A DNA stretch of 64,000 nt from a virus: positions 1-64,000 of IMG/VR virus record IMGVR_UViG_3300048590_000661, one strand, 5' to 3'. Positions 56,819-64,000 of this stretch are shown here, one piece after another (the first letter of the stretch is position 1; each line of letters starts with the position of its first letter). Below the pieces are notes generated by a model, which was not told where the DNA came from, ran no database searches, and saw only the letters and a program-made list of their open reading frames with translations. The position numbers and the translations under genes are program-made.

Positions 56819-57215
56819 TAGTTAGATAATTATAGACATATATCTTTAACTTATGCTTCTTAGTTATTTTTAGCATATCTTTACTACCGCTTGACTTCCC
56901 ATCATAAATAAGAATTAAGGCATCTGCATATTCTGCCATTTGTCGGTTACGAACTGTACCTGCTGCTGCGTTATATTCCTTGCCAAACTTATTAAGTTTA
57001 CGTACAACAATTGGTAAGTCAAAATTATTCCACTCTGCTATGAATGGTTCTATGTGTATATCATTTGCAATGGCAAATTCTTCACCAAAACTATCTATTC
57101 CATCTGCTTTACCTGATACAACTTCTGTAATGTCATCTAAGAATGGACAACTATTCATACCACTTATGAAATCTGCATAAGTTGCATGTCTGCTACCCGC
57201 TATAATTGTTTTCAT
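56793..57215 (-). CDS. YspA/DUF2493-like SLOG-family protein
   Basis: MKTIIAGSR, VVSGKADGID, AAGTVRNRQMAEYADALI..DGKSSGS. Confidence 0.85.
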   Translation of the reverse strand: MKTIIAGSRHATYADFISGMNSCPFLDDITEVVSGKADGIDSFGEEFAIANDIHIEPFIAEWNNFDLPIVVRKLNKFGKEYNAAAGTVRNRQMAEYADALILIYDGKSSGSKDMLKITKKHKLKIYVYNYLTNESEVING

Positions 57216-57447
57216 AAATTTCTATATCTTTCTTTAATAATTGAATAGTAGTATCTTTCGCTGCGACGGTCCTATTAATGTCATTCATAATACTATGCCA
57301 CGTTTCAATTTCACTAATTAAGTCCGCAATAACTTCGTCTACTTCGTGTGCGTCATAATAATCGCCAATGTCATAATAGCTTCTTTCGTATTCGCCAGTC
57401 CATTGATTGTAAGACACATCAAATCGTCGCAAATTGTTCATTAGCAT
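57193..57447 (-). CDS. hypothetical phage protein
   Basis: GDYYDAHEV followed by a coiled coil. Confidence 0.65.
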   Translation of the reverse strand: MLMNNLRRFDVSYNQWTGEYERSYYDIGDYYDAHEVDEVIADLISEIETWHSIMNDINRTVAAKDTTIQLLKKDIEIYENNYSG

Positions 57448-57454
57448 CTGCTTT

Positions 57455-57658
57455 CTAAAGTATCAACCCTAATGCAATATAAAATATAAATACTACAACC
57501 ATAACAATAAAATACACAACCATAAAACATGCAGTTACATTACGTGCCTGTTTATAATGTTCTGCTCTAAAATACAAATGTAAAATTATATTCTGTAGCA
57601 ACATTCCAAGTAATATTAACAATACTACTACTGTCATAACTACTACTAATTCTATCAT
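57455..57658 (-). CDS. small 2-TM membrane protein
   Basis: Two hydrophobic helices. Confidence 0.6.
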   Translation of the reverse strand: MIELVVVMTVVVLLILLGMLLQNIILHLYFRAEHYKQARNVTACFMVVYFIVMVVVFIFYIALGLIL

Positions 57659-57762
57659 AATTTACTCTTACTTACGCCACTGTTACACCATTCCTTATTC
57701 TATCATATAATACTATTTTATGGGAAAATCAACATAAATAGGAGTAGCAATAGTTATATGAA

Positions 57763-57948
57763 TTAACTCATATTTTTGCAAACACCCATTGCTACATATA
57801 GTGTCCATAACCCTAAAGTTAGGAACGCCCATCCAGCACCAAAAAAGTACCAAATAGATGCACTTAATAGTATCATTCCAATCCAAACAAAACACCCAGT
57901 AATAATTATTCTAGTATCTTCTTGTGTTGCTTTAGGCTCATTACTCAT
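57763..57948 (-). CDS. small 2-TM membrane protein
   Basis: Hydrophobic hairpin. Confidence 0.6.
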   Translation of the reverse strand: MSNEPKATQEDTRIIITGCFVWIGMILLSASIWYFFGAGWAFLTLGLWTLYVAMGVCKNMS

Positions 57949-57949
57949 A

Positions 57950-58153
57950 TTATAGATCCTTCCATACTTCTACAAATAAACCTTTAATATCTGACATTAC
58001 CGTGAATAGTGAAATTAGAGCTTTAATGTTCCCATGAATTTCAAATACTTCACTAACTGAAAAACTATTTAAATGGTCCATAAATGCTTGCTCTGCTTCA
58101 TCCGAATAAAACCTATCTTCCCATAATTTTAGTAGCTTAAGAAATCTTTCCAT
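57950..58153 (-). CDS. hypothetical protein
   Basis: Coupled ORF. Confidence 0.6.
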   Translation of the reverse strand: MERFLKLLKLWEDRFYSDEAEQAFMDHLNSFSVSEVFEIHGNIKALISLFTVMSDIKGLFVEVWKDL

Positions 58154-58560
58154 TATCCTAATACCTTTCTAATTATTCCACTTGGTGTTTTATTAATTTT
58201 ACCTGATGGTATTTTTAATTCTTTGATTTTATTTAACCTTGTATTACCATTTATTTTTTCTTCAGTAATTGGTAATATATCTGCATACATTGGTAATGTA
58301 TTTAGATGAACAAACAATATTTCTTCTGCTAATTCTAAATCTTTTTCTAGCACATAAAACCCTAACCCATGCCCATCCATAAAAGTATTATCTATTGTAT
58401 CATAAATTGGTATATCATATTCTAAAAGTAATTGCTCAATATAAAGGCTTTTATATTGTGTTAACATTAAAAACTCTATTTTTTTAGTCTTTTTACCCAG
58501 CCTTTCAAAGAATAAAAGTATTATTAATAATGCAATAACTATACCACCAATAATAATCAT
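58153..58560 (-). CDS. membrane-anchored hypothetical protein
   Basis: N-terminal TM helix. Confidence 0.65.
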   Translation of the reverse strand: MIIIGGIVIALLIILLFFERLGKKTKKIEFLMLTQYKSLYIEQLLLEYDIPIYDTIDNTFMDGHGLGFYVLEKDLELAEEILFVHLNTLPMYADILPITEEKINGNTRLNKIKELKIPSGKINKTPSGIIRKVLG

Positions 58561-58841
58561 ACTATACCAAACGCTTCCTTAATAATACTAGCTGGCTTAT
58601 CTGGAATCATATAACACATATTACCCTTATGTGTAAAATGCTTGCCATGTTTGCGAAACATACTTATTACATTAGTATCTAATATTTTAATATCACTAAA
58701 TTCAAAAAGAACTTCATCTGAGCAAAAATCTACTATATCATTTCTTAGTTTTTCAGTGGCGCATAATAAGATATAGTCATCCGTACTATATTTAAAATAT
58801 ATTAGATATTCTGGCTCAATTTTTTGGCTGAAGAATTTCAC
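58557..58841 (-). CDS. hypothetical protein
   Basis: 4-nt overlaps on both sides. Confidence 0.65.
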   Translation of the reverse strand: MKFFSQKIEPEYLIYFKYSTDDYILLCATEKLRNDIVDFCSDEVLFEFSDIKILDTNVISMFRKHGKHFTHKGNMCYMIPDKPASIIKEAFGIV

Positions 58842-59275
58842 AATATTATCCTAATATCTACTTTATGTTCTTCTGCAAACGTAACAAAACTTTGTTCTAA
58901 CCATTCAAATTCATTATTAATATTATCTAAAATACTACTGTGAAAAATTAAATTATATGGTGTATTATATGAATTAAAAATCATAATAAAATGCTCTAAT
59001 ACAGAAAACAATTCAGTTTCATTAATACGCTTATTTTTAATGCAATCTACAAATAAAATAAAGAAACAATTATCTTTTGGTGGAGCATATTTACATAAGA
59101 TACCATAATCTACTTCCCCCTCAAATTCGCGAATACTTACTGCATTTTCGCCATATAGACTAATTAAAGATTCTGGAATATATGAGGATTTAGGGTTTAA
59201 TCTTGAATACGATATCGGCGCAATAACTGTATCATTTTCTTGCAGTTTGTAATTAGTGCCCATTATTTTTATCAT
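58838..59275 (-). CDS. hypothetical protein, possibly a degenerate macrodomain
   Basis: Length and alpha/beta pattern resemble Poa1p-like macrodomains, but the Gly motifs are absent. Confidence 0.5.
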   Translation of the reverse strand: MIKIMGTNYKLQENDTVIAPISYSRLNPKSSYIPESLISLYGENAVSIREFEGEVDYGILCKYAPPKDNCFFILFVDCIKNKRINETELFSVLEHFIMIFNSYNTPYNLIFHSSILDNINNEFEWLEQSFVTFAEEHKVDIRIIL

Positions 59276-59826
59276 ATTTTATCTAACCTTAGATGATTTG
59301 CATCAATAATACAATTATTAATAAAGAAAAGGATATAACAAATAGTACTAAATACTAGATTATTATATATTGGTAATAATATACTAAAATTAGTAGTAAC
59401 TAATAAATATACACCTATTGTCATAGTTAAGAAATATATATTTCTTAATAAAGTGCTCCATATATAACTATGGCTTAATTTATGTCGGTGTGGTATTAGT
59501 GAATATATTGACCAAAACAACATTGTAGTATATATAATTATTTGTTTAATAAGATTGGCTATCGGGTATGGAACCCTTAGATAATTACGCATAAAATAAT
59601 ATAATCCAATAGCCAATTCTGTTTCATTAATAGTAGCTACTTGTTGTTGGTCTAAATCTGGTCCATATAAATATCCGAATAATAATCCTAATATACAGCT
59701 TAAAAAGAATTGCCAAAAAAGAAAACCAAAAATCAAATAGGAAATTATGAATAATATAGAATAAAGTAATAACAGTTTTTTAATTAACTTTCTATTTGAT
59801 TTTTGGTGTACTTTACCGCTAGCCAT
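59272..59826 (-). CDS. DUF2227-like membrane metal-binding protein
   Basis: MASGKVH...GPDLD...IPHRHKLSH...HLRLD with TM helices. Confidence 0.8.
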   Translation of the reverse strand: MASGKVHQKSNRKLIKKLLLLYSILFIISYLIFGFLFWQFFLSCILGLLFGYLYGPDLDQQQVATINETELAIGLYYFMRNYLRVPYPIANLIKQIIIYTTMLFWSIYSLIPHRHKLSHSYIWSTLLRNIYFLTMTIGVYLLVTTNFSILLPIYNNLVFSTICYILFFINNCIIDANHLRLDKI

Positions 59827-59828
59827 TA

Positions 59829-60038
59829 TTAACCGTCTCTTTCTTTAATCTTAAAATGATCTAATAGATAGCGTCTATCAATCTCTAATGGGATATTTCT
59901 ATCTTCTACTCTATCAGGAATAAACCGAAACCAGAAACCCTTATAATAAAACACTGAAATGCCATCTATAATGACCCCTGGTATTTTATAATCGTTAATA
60001 TATCCATAGATTTTTTTCAGTTTATGTAGCCCAAACAT
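59829..60038 (-). CDS. hypothetical protein
   Basis: Overlaps the primase end. Confidence 0.55.
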   Translation of the reverse strand: MFGLHKLKKIYGYINDYKIPGVIIDGISVFYYKGFWFRFIPDRVEDRNIPLEIDRRYLLDHFKIKERDG

Positions 60039-60844
60039 GCCTTAATACTTTCATCGGACATTTCATCAGGCATAGTTTTATTAATAATAACCCTATGCGC
60101 TTGGTTGTTTGCTTTAATTTTCATACGCTTCTTATTAACCCTATCTAGTAAGTTACCGTGTCTATCAGTGTCATAATCGAGCATCCAAACTACGTTATCT
60201 AACCCACTTAAGTATTCAAACTGAGCATTAGTAGGCCCAAACGATAGCCCAGCAAATAGGTTATAACTAATGCCTACCTCTTTACTTACTTGCCAAAATC
60301 GCATAACTGACCAAGCACCCTCAAAGATAATAGTCTGATGTTCTGGATTAAATTCGTGTATATTCCAAAATGGACACGGTGTTTCTATATAAAGTTTTTT
60401 ATATTTTGGTTTGCGGTTAGCGTACCTAATTAATGAGCCTACTCTAATGTTACTTTCGTTTTTAATAGGGATAATTATGTCATCGTTAATGACTTCTAAA
60501 CCAAAATAACGAGCGGTTTCTTTATTGATATTTCTAGAGTTAATATAGGGCGTATATTTCTGCCGTCCTACTGTTTTCAAAAAGTCGTCATGGTCTAGTC
60601 TTTGGTCATTATTTGTGAATAAAATTGGATCAGCATTCTCTAAGTAAAACTGTTTTTCATCTTCAGAATAGTTATTATAATTTAACCAGTCCCCAATACC
60701 ACCACCAATATGAAGACTATACCACCACCACCTATTTTCTTCGGGCCAGATAATAAGGGAATCGTGTTGACTAGTTGATAAAATACCATTACCAACACGT
60801 ACTATTTGATATTGTTCTGCAATTAGGTTAACAAGATCGCTCAT
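60017..60844 (-). CDS. DNA primase (TOPRIM)
   Basis: HDSLII..WWWYS..GG, YINSRNI, IIIPI, IIFEG, LDYD; near the helicase. Confidence 0.75.
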   Translation of the reverse strand: MSDLVNLIAEQYQIVRVGNGILSTSQHDSLIIWPEENRWWWYSLHIGGGIGDWLNYNNYSEDEKQFYLENADPILFTNNDQRLDHDDFLKTVGRQKYTPYINSRNINKETARYFGLEVINDDIIIPIKNESNIRVGSLIRYANRKPKYKKLYIETPCPFWNIHEFNPEHQTIIFEGAWSVMRFWQVSKEVGISYNLFAGLSFGPTNAQFEYLSGLDNVVWMLDYDTDRHGNLLDRVNKKRMKIKANNQAHRVIINKTMPDEMSDESIKACLGYIN

Positions 60845-60850
60845 ATCAAT

Positions 60851-60879
60851 ATTATACTACACTTTCTATAATTTGTCAA
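60851..60879 (-). promoter_or_regulatory. consensus sigma70 promoter giving a leaderless primase mRNA
   Basis: TTGACA-17nt-TATAAT, 6 nt before the ATG. Confidence 0.8.
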
Positions 60880-61421
60880 GCACCACATTTTACGATGTGA
60901 ATCACCCAAAAGTAGTTGTTATGCCCTTCACTCATACTTATACCTATTTGGTTAGCTTCTTGAAAAAAACTTGTTAATCCTAACAATATATTTTTATGCC
61001 TTTGACTATTCATAAGTGAATTAAATGCTACTGTTGGGTCTTTTGTGCCAATTACTAAAACCTCAACGAAATTACCTTTATCTTCATAAGGAATTTTACA
61101 CCCGAACCTTTTAACAATTTCATTAGGATGCTCGCCTGTAGGACTGATATGCGTATAATAATTTTTAAGAGCCATATCATTAGTTTTATATGATGATGAC
61201 TTATATAAATTTTGGTTACAAGCAAGTACCCTTTTTTGTTCAGGATGCTTAATTACTAAGTTAAAAAACTCTAACTCATTATCAGTAAAATCACATGGGT
61301 TAGTTTTCTCCCTATTAAAAGCTATTGGTATATATGTAGTATATGGTAATGTATCGCCTTGCATATGTACTCCTGGTACTAGTACTATTAAAAATACTAG
61401 TACCGATAAAATATTTGCCAT
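60876..61421 (-). CDS. secreted CAP (SCP/PR-1) domain protein
   Basis: Signal peptide, YIPIA, DMALKNYYTHISPTG, LMNSQRHKNILL, IGIS..YFWV. Confidence 0.8.
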   Translation of the reverse strand: MANILSVLVFLIVLVPGVHMQGDTLPYTTYIPIAFNREKTNPCDFTDNELEFFNLVIKHPEQKRVLACNQNLYKSSSYKTNDMALKNYYTHISPTGEHPNEIVKRFGCKIPYEDKGNFVEVLVIGTKDPTVAFNSLMNSQRHKNILLGLTSFFQEANQIGISMSEGHNNYFWVIHIVKCGA

Positions 61422-61489
61422 TATTTCTGGAAAACTATTACATTAGCAGGTAGCCCATCTAGCAGATATTCTACTTTATCTAATTGTAA
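61421..61489 (-). pseudogene. orphan duplicate of the macrodomain gene 3' end
   Basis: LQLDKVEYLLDGLPANVIVFQK* versus LRIADVEYLLEGLPANVLIFKLK*. Confidence 0.8.
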
Positions 61490-61500
61490 TTTTCAAGTAA

Positions 61501-62286
61501 TTAAATTTGACATGATTTTAAAACTCCCAATAATTCATTGCGATATTTATATTCTTTATTAGTAAATTTTTCTAAATCGTCTAATGTATTAGTTAGTTTT
61601 TTAGGGTATATTTTATGAAAGTCTTCATGGCAAGTTTTGCAAAGTGTGAGTAAATTATATGGCTCAAATTTTAAGTCTGGATAGGTAGCAAAATCAAATA
61701 TATGGTGAACTTCTAAATACCCGCTACATTGGTTACATTTTTGGCATGTATAACCGTCTCTTTCGCGAATTAATGGATTGATTTGTTTTTTTAATATGGC
61801 TCTATCTAATTCGTTTTGAGGGGATATTTTACTATCCCCCTTCCATTTAGGGCTTGCTTCACCAACATTTAACTTATTTCGATTTATTGTTACATCTCTG
61901 TTATAGCATCCGCAAGATTTTGTATCTCCATTTTTCAAACTAAACCCAACAATTACTTTTTCATTTCCGCATGTGCATTTGCATAAATAGTGCCAGTCAC
62001 TACTATTATTTTGTGAATGTTTTGCTATTACTGTCAATCTACCAAATTTTTGCCCTACTAATTCATCAGCTTTAATGGCGTGCCTTTTTGATGTGGCGCA
62101 ACTAGTGCAACAAAAACTATAAATTTTACTTGTTAAACTACTTAATGCAACATCATATTCTCTATTGCACAATAAACATTCACAACGAAAATATCTATTT
62201 TTGCATTTTTTATCTATCTCTTTAATTACTTTCCAATGTTTATTTGGAAGTACTTCACCTGTGGTAATCTCTATAATTCTGCGCAT
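61501..62286 (-). CDS. HNH homing endonuclease (HNH3)
   Basis: PNKHWKVIKEI, ELVGQKFGRL, RERDGYTCQKC..LEVHHIFDF..LCKTCHEDFH; close paralog of HNH1. Confidence 0.9.
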   Translation of the reverse strand: MRRIIEITTGEVLPNKHWKVIKEIDKKCKNRYFRCECLLCNREYDVALSSLTSKIYSFCCTSCATSKRHAIKADELVGQKFGRLTVIAKHSQNNSSDWHYLCKCTCGNEKVIVGFSLKNGDTKSCGCYNRDVTINRNKLNVGEASPKWKGDSKISPQNELDRAILKKQINPLIRERDGYTCQKCNQCSGYLEVHHIFDFATYPDLKFEPYNLLTLCKTCHEDFHKIYPKKLTNTLDDLEKFTNKEYKYRNELLGVLKSCQI

Positions 62287-62290
62287 TTGA

Positions 62291-62740
62291 TTATTTTAAT
62301 TTAAATATTAATACATTAGCCGGCAATCCTTCTAATAAATATTCGACATCGGCAATTCGCAAATTACCAAGCCCAATTCCAGGGTAAACAATGCCAATTA
62401 ATTTACTTCTATTTGCATTAGCAAAAATTGTTAATTTACTTAGTGCAAATTTAATAATTTCTACACTACTATTGTCTTTAAAATGGTATTTAGTTTGTAA
62501 TGCTCCAATTCGATATTCTGAATTAAATATAAACCCATAAGAATATACACCATTAGTTTTCTTATAGTTAGCCATAATATCACTGCCTAAAAGTGATGGT
62601 AAATAGGGGTACATATCCTTGACTATCCTAGCTGTGCCAGCACCCATTACTAAGTGACCATTACTTTTAACAACACCATTACTTGTAAAACACTTTACAT
62701 CCACATTGGATGTATATAGGTCTTCATAGATTATGTTCAT
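62291..62740 (-). CDS. macrodomain (ADP-ribose-binding/processing) protein
   Basis: TSNGVVKSNGHLVMGAGTA, QTKYHFK, PGIGLGNL; start taken as ATG 62740. Confidence 0.85.
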   Translation of the reverse strand: MNIIYEDLYTSNVDVKCFTSNGVVKSNGHLVMGAGTARIVKDMYPYLPSLLGSDIMANYKKTNGVYSYGFIFNSEYRIGALQTKYHFKDNSSVEIIKFALSKLTIFANANRSKLIGIVYPGIGLGNLRIADVEYLLEGLPANVLIFKLK

Positions 62741-62744
62741 AGTT

Positions 62745-62999
62745 TTATTGATGATAGATATTTGGTAAATATAATTGACATACGCCATTAACCATATCTG
62801 TACACCCCTTTTCTGGTGTATTAGTGTTCGTTGGTAACGGTTGCAATGTAATACTAATCTTTGTGTTTGTTGGCGTTGGGGTTAACGTAAATAAACTAAG
62901 TGTAGGAGTAACTTGCACCATAGCCACACTATTTGTAAACCCACTATTCATAATTAATACTACAAACCCAATAGTTAGTAATGCTAAAAACTTATTCAT
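62745..62999 (-). CDS. small secreted Thr/Pro-rich protein with C-terminal YLP motif
   Basis: Signal peptide, TPTPTNT tracts, C..C loop, LYLPNI. Confidence 0.7.
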   Translation of the reverse strand: MNKFLALLTIGFVVLIMNSGFTNSVAMVQVTPTLSLFTLTPTPTNTKISITLQPLPTNTNTPEKGCTDMVNGVCQLYLPNIYHQ

Positions 63000-63014
63000 T
63001 ATATTCCTTTTCTA

Positions 63015-63998
63015 TTAAAAACCAGCTTGCCCTTCAAGCTCAACTAAATTATACCATTCTACTTTCATTTCATCCCAATTAAATTTAGCGTATATTGATG
63101 CCTTGTCACCATTCCTATTTTTACTACTATAATATTTGAAGTAATTTTCTCCATTAATGGTTACAGCACTACTAGCTGTCATATTGACTGCATCTTGCCC
63201 AATACTATATGCTAACCCTAAATCTTCTGGCGTAGGTTCATCCGTTTTTGCTGCCCCACGATTCCCTTGTGTAACTGCAAAAACAGGGATTTCATGGTTA
63301 AGCGTAAATAATCTAACGTCCCTGCTAACTTCACCTAATTGTACCGTTTTTTGTGATTGGTCAATTGCGTTTCCTTTACCCATTAAATGTAACCCATCAA
63401 TAGCAATAACATCAATTGGTGTATCTAAGTTCTCTAAAATAGGCAATAGTTGACTAGGGTGTGAAATTGTGCCAGCTACCTTAATACGTGGTCCGGTGTT
63501 CGTCTCAGAGTTAAGTGCTACTAATTTATTTCGCTGCTCATCTGTAAATTTTAAGTTGCGGAATAGTTTAGGATTAATCCCTAAACGCATAGCATCTAAC
63601 TTTGCAATAAATTCTCTAGGTGCCATTTCATTAGAGAATACTAAGATATTTTGGTTTTGTGTTTTGTGTAATTTATGTAGTAGATATAATAATAGATTAG
63701 TTTTACCATTCCCTAGCGCACCAAAGATAATATTATAATCACTACTGTGTACTCCACCGAATGTATCATCAAACCATTTAATACCAAATGGGATACGAGC
63801 AGATTCGTCTAGATGTAAATTGCGGTCAAAATCATCATAATCAATAATATCAATTCGTATTGGCTGGCATTTTTTTGTAATGTCTAACAAAAATCCAGGT
63901 TCGTAAATATTTTGTCCACTTTGTTGTGCATTGAGTATTTGGCTCTTAATATACCCTTCTTGTCTATCATTTATGATTGTATCTACAGCGTATTCCAT
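63015..63998 (-). CDS. dnaB: DnaB-like replicative helicase (probably 5'-truncated)
   Basis: GALGNGKT, FSNEM, IAIDGLHLM, VTQGNR, AYSIGQDA, KNRNG. Confidence 0.9.
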   Translation of the reverse strand: MEYAVDTIINDRQEGYIKSQILNAQQSGQNIYEPGFLLDITKKCQPIRIDIIDYDDFDRNLHLDESARIPFGIKWFDDTFGGVHSSDYNIIFGALGNGKTNLLLYLLHKLHKTQNQNILVFSNEMAPREFIAKLDAMRLGINPKLFRNLKFTDEQRNKLVALNSETNTGPRIKVAGTISHPSQLLPILENLDTPIDVIAIDGLHLMGKGNAIDQSQKTVQLGEVSRDVRLFTLNHEIPVFAVTQGNRGAAKTDEPTPEDLGLAYSIGQDAVNMTASSAVTINGENYFKYYSSKNRNGDKASIYAKFNWDEMKVEWYNLVELEGQAGF

Positions 63999-64000
63999 TG

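Noticed and set aside
57713-57895. 60-aa minus ORF
   Set aside because: Alternative frame overlapping the better-coupled 57763..57948 membrane protein
1-64000. CRISPR array, tRNA genes, integrase, alternative genetic code
   Set aside because: No regularly spaced repeats, cloverleaf/T-loop signatures or recombinase motifs found by eye; TAA, TAG and TGA all end tightly packed genes

Overview
This window is a ~64 kb, AT-rich segment of a tailed dsDNA bacteriophage genome (siphovirus-like, standard genetic code, truncated at both ends). From left to right it holds: (i) small leftward ORFs and a promoter-driven, highly self-complementary ~430-nt non-coding region (candidate structured RNA or replication-primer locus); (ii) an HTH gene, an HNH homing endonuclease and a cassette of small early genes; (iii) a leftward operon with an FtsK/SpoIIIE ATPase, three membrane proteins, one soluble protein and a C5 DNA methyltransferase; (iv) a ~45 kb rightward morphogenesis block (TerS, TerL, DEDDh exonuclease, portal, protease-like, scaffold, capsid, two paralogous tail-tube/beta-propeller proteins, four fibre proteins sharing a Cys-containing N-terminal module, a beta-helix/CBM/PKD protein, a 3605-aa tape measure, Dit/Tal-like proteins, lysis genes); (v) a leftward replication/host-interaction block (two more HNH endonucleases, HD-like, SLOG, DUF2227-like, primase, CAP, macrodomain, DnaB-like helicase). 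YLP/YIP-type motifs in two secreted proteins suggest a Chloroflexota host (inference). The top leads are the FtsK + membrane-protein operon (possible TraB/Spd-like cell-to-cell DNA spread in a filamentous host), the pseudoknotted ncRNA with a G5T3G5 tract, an antisense sRNA at the HNH ribosome-binding site, a recoded duplicate gene end around HNH3, and systematic paralog duplication of virion genes. All family assignments come from motif recognition by eye; no database search was run.
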